From: Vulcanimicrobiota bacterium
GTDB lineage: Bacteria; Vulcanimicrobiota; Vulcanimicrobiia; Vulcanimicrobiales; Vulcanimicrobiaceae
Assembly (NCBI GenBank): GCA_003133745.1
Contig: PKZD01000074.1
Coordinates: forward strand, 3,633-67,632
Direction of reading: 5' to 3'
Length of the DNA stretch: 64,000 nt
Shown here: positions 49,673-59,492 of the stretch, piece by piece
How positions within the stretch are numbered: position 1 is the first letter of the stretch
How the letters are laid out: every line of letters starts with the position of its first letter
Position numbers and translations under genes: made by a program
The notes under the pieces: generated by a model
Told to the model about the DNA's origin: nothing
The model's input: only the letters and a program-made list of their open reading frames with translations
The model's database searches: none

Positions 49673-52558
49673 GTGTATCGTCTCCCCGCGATGCTGATGC
49701 TCTGGGCGCTCGCGTTGACGACCGCTCGCGCATCGACGATTCCCGACCTGCATTGGCGTTTCGTGGGGCCGCTACGCGGCGGAAGAACCGCCGCGGTCGC
49801 CGGCATCGCGTCGCAGCCGGATGTCTTCTATATGGCAAGCGTCAACGGCGGAATTTGGCGCACCGACGACGCCGGCCGCACGTGGATGCCGATCTTCGAC
49901 CAAGAGGAGACCGGCTCGATCGGCGCGCTCGCGGTCGCACCCTCGGATCCGAGCACCATCTATGCGGGGAGCGGCGAAGGGCTGCAGCGTCCGGATCTCG
50001 CCGTCGGCGACGGCATCTATGTTTCGAATGACGGCGGCGCGACATGGATGCACCGCGGCCTGCGTGACGGACAGCAGATTCCGGCGATCGCCGTCGACCC
50101 GCGCGATCCGCGCCGCCTCTTCGTTGCGGTGCTCGGACACCCGTACGGTCCCAACGCCGAGCGCGGCGTCTATCGATCGCTCGACGGCGGCGTCACGTTC
50201 TCTCGCGTACTGTACGCGAACGAGAACGTCGGCGCGTACGACGTCGCCATCGACCCGCAGAACCCGAGCGTCGTCTACGCGACGTTGTGGGGCGCGCGGC
50301 AGGCGCCGTGGGAGGTCGGCGGCTCTTTCGAGGTTCCCGGAAGCGGCATTTTCAAATCGACCGACGGCGGCGCGACGTGGATGCAGTTGCGAAACGGTCT
50401 GCCGTCACGCGTCGGCCGCTGCGAAATCGCGGTCGCACCGAGCAACCCCGAGGTCGTGTACGCGTACGTCGACACGCCGAGCGCAGGCGCGGCGATCTAT
50501 CGCAGCGACGACGGGGGCGCCACCTTCGTCGCGCGCAACACCACCCCGCAGATCGCGCAGCGCGGCGACGATCTCGCAGCGCTCGCGGTCGATCCGCGCG
50601 ATCCGAACACGGTCTACGCGACGAACACCTCGACGTACCGTTCGCGCGACAGCGGCAGGACGTTCGTTTCGATCAAGGGCGCGCCGGGCGGCGACGACTA
50701 CCACGCCGTTTGGGTGAATCCGAGCGCGCCGGACCACATCATCCTCGGCAGCGATCAGGGCGCGACGATCTCCGTCAACGGCGGCCGCACGTGGAGTTCG
50801 TGGTACAACCAGCCGACGGCGGAGATGTTTCACGTCACCGCCGACGAGCGCTTTCCGTATTGGGTCTGCGGCGGACAACAGGAGAGCGGTTCGGCGTGCG
50901 TGAGCAGCCGTGGCGCGTGGGGCGAGACCACGGAGCGTGATTGGCATCCGGTCGGCGCCGAAGAGTATGGTTACGTCGTTCCCGATCCGCTGGAACCCGG
51001 CGTCTTCTTCGGCGGCAAGATCGAGCGGTTCGACGAACGCACTGGCCAAACGCAGGAAGTTTCGCCGATCGCGCTGCGTTCGCGCGATTACCGCACGATA
51101 CGAACGGAACCGCTCGCCTTCGATCCGCTCCATCCATCAAGACTCTATTTTAGCGCGAACGTCGTCTTTGCAACCGAAAACGGTGGCGCGTCCTGGCGCC
51201 GCGTCAGCCCCGACCTCACGCGCGTGACCCCGGGCGTTCCCGCAGTGCTTGGTCCGTTCGAGCAAGACGATCCCGAGCACGGAACGCACCGCGGCGTCGT
51301 GTACGCACTCGCGGTCTCGCACGTGCACGAAGGCACGATCTGGGCCGGCACCGATGACGGTCTCGTCTGGATCACCCACAACGGCGCAACGGGCTGGCAC
51401 AACATCACGCCTCCCGCCCTCACGCCTTGGAGCAAGATCGCGCAGATCGACGCCTCGCCGTTCGACGATGACACCGCGTACGTCGCGGTCACGCGTTTCC
51501 GGCTCGACGACCTTCATCCATACGTCTACGCGACTCATGACGGCGGCGCGCATTGGCAACTCATCGTCACCGGCCTCCCACAAGAACCGGTGAATGCGGT
51601 GCGGGCCGATCCGGTGCAGCGCGGATTGCTCTACGCGGCGACGGAAAACGGCGTTGCGGTTTCCTTCGACGACGGCGCGCTCTGGCAGTCGTTGCAGCTC
51701 AACCTGCCGCACACGTCGGTGCGCGACCTCGTCGTGCACGGGAACGATCTCGTCGTCGCGACGCACGGCCGCGGCTTCTGGATCCTCGACGACGTCGAAC
51801 CGCTGCGAGAACTTCGGGCCGGTATCGCCGGGGCCGTGCGCCTGTTCTCGCCCGCGAACGCGTATCGCGTGCGGCAGAACACGAACACCGACACGCCGCT
51901 CCCGCCGGAGGAACCCTCCGGCATGAATCCTCCCGACGGCGCGATCATCGACTACGCGCTCGCCTCCGGGGCACGCCGCGTCGTCATCTCGATCCTCGAC
52001 GCCGGCGGAGGCGTCGTGCGGCAATACGCAAGCGACGACCAGCCTCCGCCGCCGATCTCGGATCTCGACAAGCCGACCTACTGGGAGGCGCCGTTCCAAC
52101 GCCCGTCCGCCGACGCCGGGATGCACCGCTTCGTCTGGGACATGCGCGAGGCACCCCCGCGCATCGAGGAGCAAGACCTCCCGATCTCGGCGGTCTACGG
52201 AGCGACGCCGCGCGTTCCGCAGGGTGCGCTGCTTCCGCCGGGCCGTTACACCGTTCGCCTCGACGTGGACGGGCAGGTCGTCACCCGCTCGCTGACCGTC
52301 ATCATGGACCCGCGGGTGCATCTCTCGGCTGCTGCGCTCGAGCGGCAGTACGAGATCGCGCACGACGTCTGTAGCTTGCTCGAACGCCTCGACGCCGCGC
52401 GCGCGGCGCGTCATCTGCCCGGCGCCGGGCAGTTGGAGTTTGCGCTCGGAAGCCTGCTCGACACGATCGACGGCAGCGATGCCGCTCCCACCGCGCAGGC
52501 GCTGGTCGCTTACGCTTCACTGAAAACGCAAGTCGAACACCTCCTCACCCCGAGATAA
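49673..52558 (+). CDS. Sortilin/VPS10-type BNR (Asp-box) beta-propeller protein, secreted (paralogue 3)
   Basis: Signal peptide. WRFVGPLRGGRTAAVAG..GGIWRTDDAGRTW and repeated Asp-boxes. GTG start preceded by GGAGGG. Confidence 0.85.
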   Translation: MYRLPAMLMLWALALTTARASTIPDLHWRFVGPLRGGRTAAVAGIASQPDVFYMASVNGGIWRTDDAGRTWMPIFDQEETGSIGALAVAPSDPSTIYAGSGEGLQRPDLAVGDGIYVSNDGGATWMHRGLRDGQQIPAIAVDPRDPRRLFVAVLGHPYGPNAERGVYRSLDGGVTFSRVLYANENVGAYDVAIDPQNPSVVYATLWGARQAPWEVGGSFEVPGSGIFKSTDGGATWMQLRNGLPSRVGRCEIAVAPSNPEVVYAYVDTPSAGAAIYRSDDGGATFVARNTTPQIAQRGDDLAALAVDPRDPNTVYATNTSTYRSRDSGRTFVSIKGAPGGDDYHAVWVNPSAPDHIILGSDQGATISVNGGRTWSSWYNQPTAEMFHVTADERFPYWVCGGQQESGSACVSSRGAWGETTERDWHPVGAEEYGYVVPDPLEPGVFFGGKIERFDERTGQTQEVSPIALRSRDYRTIRTEPLAFDPLHPSRLYFSANVVFATENGGASWRRVSPDLTRVTPGVPAVLGPFEQDDPEHGTHRGVVYALAVSHVHEGTIWAGTDDGLVWITHNGATGWHNITPPALTPWSKIAQIDASPFDDDTAYVAVTRFRLDDLHPYVYATHDGGAHWQLIVTGLPQEPVNAVRADPVQRGLLYAATENGVAVSFDDGALWQSLQLNLPHTSVRDLVVHGNDLVVATHGRGFWILDDVEPLRELRAGIAGAVRLFSPANAYRVRQNTNTDTPLPPEEPSGMNPPDGAIIDYALASGARRVVISILDAGGGVVRQYASDDQPPPPISDLDKPTYWEAPFQRPSADAGMHRFVWDMREAPPRIEEQDLPISAVYGATPRVPQGALLPPGRYTVRLDVDGQVVTRSLTVIMDPRVHLSAAALERQYEIAHDVCSLLERLDAARAARHLPGAGQLEFALGSLLDTIDGSDAAPTAQALVAYASLKTQVEHLLTPR

Positions 52559-52571
52559 AAGGAGCCCTACT

Positions 52572-53003
52572 ATGAAACAGTTCTCGTTTGCTACCGCGGT
52601 GCTCGCAGCCGCATTCGGGCTCGCCGCGGCGGTTGCCGCGGGCGCGCCCTCGACGATGATGAACACGCACACGGCCACGACGGCGACCGTCAGACTCTCG
52701 CCTCAGAATCATAGCGGTCAGAGCGGCACCGCGCTGCTCCAACAGAGGGGGCACGACATCGTCGTCACGCTGCGGATGAGCGGGCTGCCAGGGGCGGTCG
52801 CGGAGCCGGCGCACATCCACGTGGGCACGTGCGCGAGGCTCAACCCGGCACCGAAGTATCCGCTCACGAACGCGAGGAACGGCACGACGATGACGACGAT
52901 CCGCAACGTACAGTTGGCTAGCCTCCTTGGCGGCAGATACGCGATCAACGTCCACAACGCGCGGCATCTGAGCATCTACGTTGCCTGCGGCGGCATCCAC
53001 TAG
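52572..53003 (+). CDS. Small secreted beta-sandwich protein, CHRD- or Cu/Zn-SOD-like (function unknown)
   Basis: Signal peptide. GTALLQQRGHDIVVTLRMSGLPG..AHIHVGTC..YAINVH..VACGGI. AAGGAG lies upstream of the ATG. Confidence 0.7.
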   Translation: MKQFSFATAVLAAAFGLAAAVAAGAPSTMMNTHTATTATVRLSPQNHSGQSGTALLQQRGHDIVVTLRMSGLPGAVAEPAHIHVGTCARLNPAPKYPLTNARNGTTMTTIRNVQLASLLGGRYAINVHNARHLSIYVACGGIH

Positions 53004-53041
53004 CACCTGAAACTACCGCGCCGCAAGCGCAGTATCTGCGG

Positions 53042-55198
53042 ATGATGCGGTCGGTTTTGGCCTCCCTCGCGAGCGGCGCCGCGGCGATACTGATCGCTGC
53101 GGCGCCGTGCGTTCTCGAAGCGGCGCCGAGCGGCTCCGTGGACGTTCCGGTGCTCGCGACGCCGCCCTCGATGGCCGGGGTCATCGATGCCTCGTGGTCC
53201 GCGGCCGCGAAGATCGACTTGAGTCGGGACTTCACATATCAGCGAGCCGCGGCGGAGCTGACGACCGTCTACGTCGCGCAGGATGCTTCGGCGCTCGACA
53301 TCGCGTTCGTGGCGACCCAAGGCGAGCCGCTGACGAACCGCCAAGCGACGAACGGCGCGAACGTCCTGAGCGACGATTACGTCGCCGTCTACCTCTACCC
53401 GCAAGGCGTTCACGGATTCGCTTACTCGTTCGCCGCGAATCCGCAAGGGGCGCGGTACCAAACGTCAAGTGAGAACAGCGCTTTCTCGCCGCAGTGGACC
53501 GCCGTGGGCCACGTGACCGCCGACGGTTATGTCGTCACGATGCGCATCCCGCTCAACGTCATCCGCGGCGGCGGATCGACATCGTGGAACGTGCAGTTCA
53601 TCAGGGCGACAGTTGCGACGAACGGTCTCGCGGTCTGGACGTACTCGAATCAACAGCACAACGCCGCTGATCCCTTCTTCGCCGGAGTGCTGCAAGGGAT
53701 CGGCGCCCACAATGCGGCGCAGCGACCGAAGCCGCGCCTCCAGGCGTACGGGCTGGGCGAACTCACGACGCATGCGAACGGTGGAGACACGTCGCGCGTC
53801 GGCTTGGATGCCTCGCTGCCGGTGACGTCGACCTCGTCGTTCGTCGCAACGCTTCACCCGGATTACTCGAACGTCGAGATCGACCAGCAAACGATCGCGC
53901 CGACCGCGTTTGAGCGGCAGTACGCGGAAGTGCGGCCGTTCTTCACGCAGGCCGCTTCATTCTTCAACCAACACTTCTCGTGCAGCGACTGCCCGCAGAT
54001 GCTCTATACGCCGGCGATTCCGACCTTCGGACAGGGGTATGCGTACGAAGGCACGCAAGGGCCGCTCAGCTTCGCGGCCTTCGATGCGATCGGAAATCAG
54101 CGCATCGATGATGCCCAAACGCTGAACTACAGCACTGAAGACAAGTACGGTGCGGTCCAACTCGATGCCCAACGCGTGGGCGTCGCCGTTCCGGGCTTGA
54201 CCGACGACGTGACAACCTTGAGCGGCGGCTATCTCAACCTTGCAACGCACACCGGCGCCTATTTCGACTCCGGCGAGGACCGCCAAAACGGACCCTTCGG
54301 GCCGACCTCCGGCGGCTATCTGGAATCGGGCGGCGTGTACGTCACGCCGACGACGACGGTGGCCATCAACATGCAACGCATCGGGTTGAATTTTACGCCG
54401 TTCGACGGATATGTCAGCCAGAACGACATCTCGGGCTACGAAGCCTACGGCTCTCATACGTTCAACTTCTCGCCGTCCTTCGTGCTGCACGATATTTCGA
54501 TGAGCTCGTTCTACGCGCGATACCACGACCACCTCGGGCTCACCGATCAAGTCGATGCGACGACGCAGGTCAACTTCGACTTCCACGACCTGCTGACGAT
54601 ACACGCGTACGTGAACAATCAAGGCATCGGCGTACCGGCGTTCGCCAATGACACCGGAACGTTCCAACTTCTCCCGTTTTCATCTAATGGCGTCTATGTC
54701 GGATACAAAGTCAACACGACGACGCCGTCGTACGTCTCTTATATCGGCGGCGCATATTACCATGGACACCTCAACGCATGGTCGTACGTTGCAACGATCC
54801 CACTCGTGCGCAAACTCAATCTCTCGCTGGAGGCCGACACCGACCGCTACCTGCCCCTCACGACGACCGAGCCCGTAACGAACCAATGGCTCGAACGCGC
54901 GAGCCTCGATTGGCAGATCACGCACAACGCGGAACTGCTCTTCGGCGTACGGCGCATCATCGGCGCCAATCTTCCGAACGCATTCCAGCTTCCGACATAC
55001 GGATCGCCGACGCCCTGCATGGCCGATCCGTATCTGCCCGGTTGCTACGTCGACGCATCGAATCTGAGCTTCGCGTACCACTTCCTCGCCGCACGCAACG
55101 AGTTTTACGTCGTCTACGGCGACCCGAACAATCTCTACACGCTACCCGCGCTCTACTTCAAGTGGATCCGCTACATCGGCGCGGAAAAGGGGACGTAG
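53042..55198 (+). CDS. Outer-membrane DUF5916-type protein with an N-terminal CBM9-like domain
   Basis: Signal peptide. IDASWSAAAKIDL..VYVAQDASALDIAF..DDYVAVYLYP..FAANPQGARY..GYVVTMRIPL, then a long beta-rich C-terminus. Confidence 0.7.
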   Translation: MMRSVLASLASGAAAILIAAAPCVLEAAPSGSVDVPVLATPPSMAGVIDASWSAAAKIDLSRDFTYQRAAAELTTVYVAQDASALDIAFVATQGEPLTNRQATNGANVLSDDYVAVYLYPQGVHGFAYSFAANPQGARYQTSSENSAFSPQWTAVGHVTADGYVVTMRIPLNVIRGGGSTSWNVQFIRATVATNGLAVWTYSNQQHNAADPFFAGVLQGIGAHNAAQRPKPRLQAYGLGELTTHANGGDTSRVGLDASLPVTSTSSFVATLHPDYSNVEIDQQTIAPTAFERQYAEVRPFFTQAASFFNQHFSCSDCPQMLYTPAIPTFGQGYAYEGTQGPLSFAAFDAIGNQRIDDAQTLNYSTEDKYGAVQLDAQRVGVAVPGLTDDVTTLSGGYLNLATHTGAYFDSGEDRQNGPFGPTSGGYLESGGVYVTPTTTVAINMQRIGLNFTPFDGYVSQNDISGYEAYGSHTFNFSPSFVLHDISMSSFYARYHDHLGLTDQVDATTQVNFDFHDLLTIHAYVNNQGIGVPAFANDTGTFQLLPFSSNGVYVGYKVNTTTPSYVSYIGGAYYHGHLNAWSYVATIPLVRKLNLSLEADTDRYLPLTTTEPVTNQWLERASLDWQITHNAELLFGVRRIIGANLPNAFQLPTYGSPTPCMADPYLPGCYVDASNLSFAYHFLAARNEFYVVYGDPNNLYTLPALYFKWIRYIGAEKGT

Positions 55199-55359
55199 CG
55201 CCGGCAAAGCCATCGGATATCCCATCCTCGGAGACGCTCGTCGCTCGCCGTCCATGGCTCGCTCCTGCTGCACTGCCTCCTCACTCCCGCAATCCAGGCT
55301 CCGTTCGTCGGTCAGTAGCCTCCTCGGATGGGATATCCGATGGCTTCGCCGGCTCTACG
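55194..55359. repeat. Long imperfect inverted repeat (34-bp arms at 31/34 plus a 5-bp outer extension, ~86-nt spacer) filling a convergent intergenic region
   Basis: Left arm 55200-55233 is GCCGGCAAAGCCATCGGATATCCCATCCTCGGAG. Right arm 55320-55353 is CTCCTCGGATGGGATATCCGATGGCTTCGCCGGC. The outer CGTAG/CTACG pair contains both genes' TAG stops. Confidence 0.9.
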
Positions 55360-56314
55360 CGGGAGGAGCGATGAGTTGCGCGTAGCGATCCGCGTCGACG
55401 TTGCCACCGCTGATGATCACGCCGATGCGCTTGCCGTCGAGCCGTAGTTTGCCCGACAAGAGCGCCGCGATGCCGGCCGCTCCGCTCGGTTCGACGACGA
55501 GCTTCAAACGTTCGAAGGCAAAGCGCATCGCATCGCGCAGGTCGTCATCCGAGACCGTGAGGATCTGCGCTCCGTGCTCGCGCGCAATCGCGAAGGTCAG
55601 CGTGCCCGGGGCGGTCGTCTGCAGACCGTCGGCGATCGTGTGCGGCACGTCGATGCGGACGATCTCGCCGAGTTCAAGCGAGCGACGAAAATCGTCGCCC
55701 TCCTCCGGTTCGACGCCGTAGATCGCCATTCGCGAATCGTGCGCGTGCGCGGCGATCGCCGTACCGCTCATCAACCCGCCGCCGCCGACCGGAACGACGA
55801 CGGCGTCGAGTGCTTCGACGTCTTCGAAGAGTTCGAGCGCCGCAGTTCCCGCACCGGCGATGATGCGTTCGTCCTCGAACGGCGGCACGAGCGTCGCGCC
55901 GCGTTCTTCGCAAAGGCTCTGAGCAAGCTCTTCCCGATGCGAACGCGCGCGGTCGTACTCGACGACTTCAGCGCCGTAGCCGCGCGTTGCGGCGAGCTTC
56001 GAGACCGGCGCATCGCTCGGCATCACGATCGTGGCGCGCACGCCGAGAAGTCGCGCCGCGAGCGCCACGCCTTGCGCGTGATTGCCGCTCGAGAACGCGA
56101 CGACTCCGCCGGCTCTCTGTTCCGACGGTATCTGCGCGATGCAGTTGTACGCGCCGCGAAACTTGAAAGCGCCCATGCGCTGCAGATTCTCGCATTTCAC
56201 GTAGATCTGCGCGTCCGTGCGCTCGTTCAGCGTTCGCGACGTCATCACGGGCGTGCGGTGCGCGATCCCCCTCAGACGGACCGCAGCCTCGCGAATACCT
56301 TCGATGCCGATCAT
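55355..56314 (-). CDS. PLP-dependent threonine/serine dehydratase (no ACT regulatory domain)
   Basis: MIGIEGIREAA..TPVMTSRTLN..KCENLQRMGAFKFRGAYN (PLP Lys) and FSSGNHAQG. ATGA overlap with the prfC stop. Confidence 0.85.
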   Translation of the reverse strand: MIGIEGIREAAVRLRGIAHRTPVMTSRTLNERTDAQIYVKCENLQRMGAFKFRGAYNCIAQIPSEQRAGGVVAFSSGNHAQGVALAARLLGVRATIVMPSDAPVSKLAATRGYGAEVVEYDRARSHREELAQSLCEERGATLVPPFEDERIIAGAGTAALELFEDVEALDAVVVPVGGGGLMSGTAIAAHAHDSRMAIYGVEPEEGDDFRRSLELGEIVRIDVPHTIADGLQTTAPGTLTFAIAREHGAQILTVSDDDLRDAMRFAFERLKLVVEPSGAAGIAALLSGKLRLDGKRIGVIISGGNVDADRYAQLIAPPA

Positions 56315-57909
56315 ACTGCGACTCCGTCCGTGCCGAACGGCACGAATGCAAACGCCGGGTTCCATTCGCGCGCGAGCTTCAGGCTCCACTCGCTCTCGAA
56401 GAGCGCCACGGCCCTGCCTTCCCAATCGCGCACGAGGCGCGCATTCGACGGCAGATGCGCCGCATCGAGCGCGGCGCGCTCGGCATCGACGCGCATGGCG
56501 AGCGTGTAGGGCTGCGCCGCGATCGCCGTCCGCACGCCATACTCGGACTCCAAGCGATACTTCGCAACCTCGAACTGCAGCTCGCCGACGACGCCGAGGA
56601 TCGGCTCGTACGCACCCGCCCGCCATGGCTCGAACACTTGCACTGCGCCCTCCTCGCGCAACTGCGCGATTCCTTTGCCGAAGGCCTTGTAGCTCGCGGC
56701 GTCGAGACTGCGAATCGCGGCAAAATGCTCCGGCGCGAAGGCCGGAATCGCCGGAAACTCGACGCGCGCGCCGTCATAGAGCGTGTCGCCGATCGCAAAG
56801 ACGCCGGGGTTTGCCAACCCGACGACGTCGCCTGCGTACGCGCTCTCGAGCGATTCGCGTTCGTCGGCAAAGAGGCGCATCGCGCGCGCGAGCCGCACCG
56901 AGTTGCCCGTGCGCGCGTTCCGAACGACGAGGTCGCGCTCGAAGCGGCCGGAGCAGACGCGCACGAACGCGATCCGATCGCGATGCCGCGGATCCATGTT
57001 CGCCTGGATTTTGAAGACGAAGCCGGTGAAGCGCTCGTCCTCCGCCCGCACCGCTTCGCCGTCGGCCACGCGCTGCGAGCCCGGCGCCGGCGCCGTCTGC
57101 ACGAAATCGTCGAGGAAGAGCTGGACGCCGAAGTTCGTGACCGCGCTTCCGAAGAAGACCGGCGTCGTTTCCCCGCGCAGCATCGCTTCGCGATCGAAGG
57201 CGGCTCCCGCGCCGTCGAGCAGGTCGAGCGCATCGCGAAAGCGCGCGTACTCCGCGTCATCGACCATCGTACGCAGTCGCTCGTCGCGCGCATCGGTCAC
57301 CTCGACCGCCGCGCGGGTCGCGCCATGCGCGCTCCGCTCGAAGAGATGGAGGCGCCGCATCCGGCGATCGTAGACGCCGCGGAAATGCTCGCCGCTTCCG
57401 AGCGGCCAGTTCATCGGATAGGCGCCGATGCCAAGCACGCTCTCCAACTCGTCGAGAAGTTCCAGCGGATCGCGGCTCGGCCGGTCGAGCTTGTTCATGA
57501 ACGTGAAGAGCGGGATTTTGCGCTCCCGGCAAATCGCAAAGAGCTTTTTCGTCTGCGGCTCGACGCCTTTGGCGGCGTCGATGAGCATCACCGCGGAATC
57601 CGCCGCGAGCAGCGTGCGGTAGGTGTCCTCGCCGAAATCCTGATGGCCGGGCGTATCGAGCAGGTTGATCACGCATCCGGCATACGGAAACTGCAGCACC
57701 GTCGAGGTGATCGAGATGCCGCGCTCGCGCTCGAGCGCCATCCAGTCGCTCGTGACTTGCCGTTGCCGCTTGCGCGCTGAAACCTGTCCGGCGACGTGAA
57801 TCGCGCCGCCATAGAGCAAGAGCTTTTCGGTCAGCGTCGTCTTTCCGGCGTCCGGATGCGAGATGATCGCGAAGGTGCGCCGGCGAGAAACCTCGTCCTC
57901 GATGCTCAC
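56311..57909 (-). CDS. prfC: Peptide chain release factor 3
   Basis: RRRTFAIISHPDAGKTTLTEKLLLYGG (G1), DTPGHQDF. GTG at 57909 is preceded by GAGG. About 532 aa, typical for PrfC. Confidence 0.9.
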   Translation of the reverse strand: MSIEDEVSRRRTFAIISHPDAGKTTLTEKLLLYGGAIHVAGQVSARKRQRQVTSDWMALERERGISITSTVLQFPYAGCVINLLDTPGHQDFGEDTYRTLLAADSAVMLIDAAKGVEPQTKKLFAICRERKIPLFTFMNKLDRPSRDPLELLDELESVLGIGAYPMNWPLGSGEHFRGVYDRRMRRLHLFERSAHGATRAAVEVTDARDERLRTMVDDAEYARFRDALDLLDGAGAAFDREAMLRGETTPVFFGSAVTNFGVQLFLDDFVQTAPAPGSQRVADGEAVRAEDERFTGFVFKIQANMDPRHRDRIAFVRVCSGRFERDLVVRNARTGNSVRLARAMRLFADERESLESAYAGDVVGLANPGVFAIGDTLYDGARVEFPAIPAFAPEHFAAIRSLDAASYKAFGKGIAQLREEGAVQVFEPWRAGAYEPILGVVGELQFEVAKYRLESEYGVRTAIAAQPYTLAMRVDAERAALDAAHLPSNARLVRDWEGRAVALFESEWSLKLAREWNPAFAFVPFGTDGVAV

Positions 57910-58412
57910 GGTTGAGACCTCACGCTTGCGTAGACACGCAGGACGGAGGCACATGCGGGGCTCGCGCAGCCCGTCGAGCGCAACAGCGCGATGCCGCTCT
58001 CCATGCGATAGAAGCGCGCGAGCGGCGGAATGCGTAGTCGATCCTTGCCGCGTTGGACGAAGGCCTCGTCGCCGTGGATTGCAATCGTGCAATCACCGTA
58101 ATGCAGCACGTCCGGCGGTGCAATTGCGCTCGCGCCATGTGGGATATGCGAGCGCACGTAGCGCATCGTTCCCTTCCATTCCTGCACCTGGATCAGACAC
58201 TCGGGCAGAGCCGAGAGCGCCCACGGCGCGTCCCCACGCAACACCAGCTGCGTCGAACGGCTTGGCGTTTCCGAGGCATTGGGTCTCGGCGCCATCGTCG
58301 CGCGGCCGCCTGCAACGCGGATGCGTAACGAATACCGATGATAGGCGGTGACGGCGACAAACGTCCCGACGACGAGCAACGCCGCAACCGCGAAATACCG
58401 GAGCATCCTCAA
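57906..58412 (-). CDS. Hypothetical N-terminally anchored protein
   Basis: TM helix MRMLRYFAVAALLVVGTFVAV. No recognisable motif. Its stop overlaps the prfC GTG (GTGA), and it starts 1 nt after the GH130 stop. Confidence 0.6.
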   Translation of the reverse strand: MRMLRYFAVAALLVVGTFVAVTAYHRYSLRIRVAGGRATMAPRPNASETPSRSTQLVLRGDAPWALSALPECLIQVQEWKGTMRYVRSHIPHGASAIAPPDVLHYGDCTIAIHGDEAFVQRGKDRLRIPPLARFYRMESGIALLRSTGCASPACASVLRVYASVRSQP

Positions 58413-58413
58413 G

Positions 58414-59490
58414 TCAAGAGAGCGTTAGGCGGATGGCGCCGCACGAGTAGTCCGCCATGCCGTAGTACACGTCGAAGGTCCGCTCACCGATGTCCTCACG
58501 TCGATCGATGCCGGTGGGAAAGACGACGTTATCGACGATGCCGTGCCGTTCGGAACGTTCCTCCGGCGAAAGAACCGGCGAGGGCGAGCGGTACAGGATC
58601 TGATGCGGACGCTCCGCATCGTGGATCACGATACCTGCGCGGTAACAGAACCGCGGCCGCATTGCGTCGTCGGTGAGAAGATCGACGCCGTGGAAAAGGG
58701 ATAACCAGCCTTCTGCTATTCTCACCGGCGGCGTCCCGGCGCCGACTCGAATCGAACCCCATTGCTCCTCGGGTGAGAGCACGAGGGCGCTCTCGCGTGC
58801 GGTGAGCAGCGCGCGCCGATCGGCAAGCACCTCGTCCAGCGGAACGTACGCAATGCGAATCGACTCGCGATCGGCCCACGGCATCTTCTGAATTAACGGA
58901 ACGGCGGCGATGCCGTCGACGGCCGAGAGATGGAGCATCGGGCGATGATAGAAAGCAATCGATCGAACGCCTTCGGGCGAAAGCACGGGTTCGGGAAAGA
59001 ATGCGGCATCCTTATCGTCGCCGACCGTCGCACCCGGGTGCCCAAACTGCACGAGCCCCAATCGCTCCCATGCGGAGGCGTCCTTCGAAGTCGCGAGCGC
59101 GATTCGCGGGCCGTCGGGCCCGAACGCCGTGTACGCCATCACGTACTCGTCCAGCACCGGAAGAAACGTGACGCGCGCATCCTCGCAGCCGTATCCCGGC
59201 TGCGCGCGCATCTCGTACGGAGCCTCCGGTTCCAGCGCGAAGCCGAGGCGCTCGACCTCGTACCCCTCCTTGCGTTCGAGCACGTACGCGCGCTCGATGC
59301 GCGAGATGTTGCCTTGCTCGACGACGCGTGGGAAGAGGAGCGCTCGGCCGTCGCGCGCTCGCGTGAACGCGGGATTCAGCACGCCCTCGGCCTCTTCGGG
59401 CGACCCGTCGGGGGACATCACCGCGCCAAGACGTTCGACTCGAGCGTCGAACCGAATCGACTGTGCGACTTGCACCTTTCTCTCGCGCAT
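58414..59490 (-). CDS. GH130-family glycoside phosphorylase/hydrolase (DUF377)
   Basis: GVLNPAF.., AYTAFGPDGPRIALA, VGAGTPPVRIAEGWLSLFHGVD and NVVFPTG..YYGMADYSCG. Confidence 0.8.
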   Translation of the reverse strand: MRERKVQVAQSIRFDARVERLGAVMSPDGSPEEAEGVLNPAFTRARDGRALLFPRVVEQGNISRIERAYVLERKEGYEVERLGFALEPEAPYEMRAQPGYGCEDARVTFLPVLDEYVMAYTAFGPDGPRIALATSKDASAWERLGLVQFGHPGATVGDDKDAAFFPEPVLSPEGVRSIAFYHRPMLHLSAVDGIAAVPLIQKMPWADRESIRIAYVPLDEVLADRRALLTARESALVLSPEEQWGSIRVGAGTPPVRIAEGWLSLFHGVDLLTDDAMRPRFCYRAGIVIHDAERPHQILYRSPSPVLSPEERSERHGIVDNVVFPTGIDRREDIGERTFDVYYGMADYSCGAIRLTLS

Positions 59491-59492
59491 CG

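Noticed and set aside
55200-55353. Interpreting the inverted repeat as a classical MITE.
   Set aside because: No direct target-site duplication is visible. The flanks are themselves inverted (CGTAG/CTACG), and I found no second copy in this window. I kept it as an open possibility in the findings but did not annotate it as a mobile element.
54778-55374. 198-aa plus-strand ORF running through the end of the DUF5916 gene and the inverted repeat.
   Set aside because: It is out of frame with the well-supported DUF5916 gene, Arg-rich, and crosses both arms of the palindrome. There is no coding signature.
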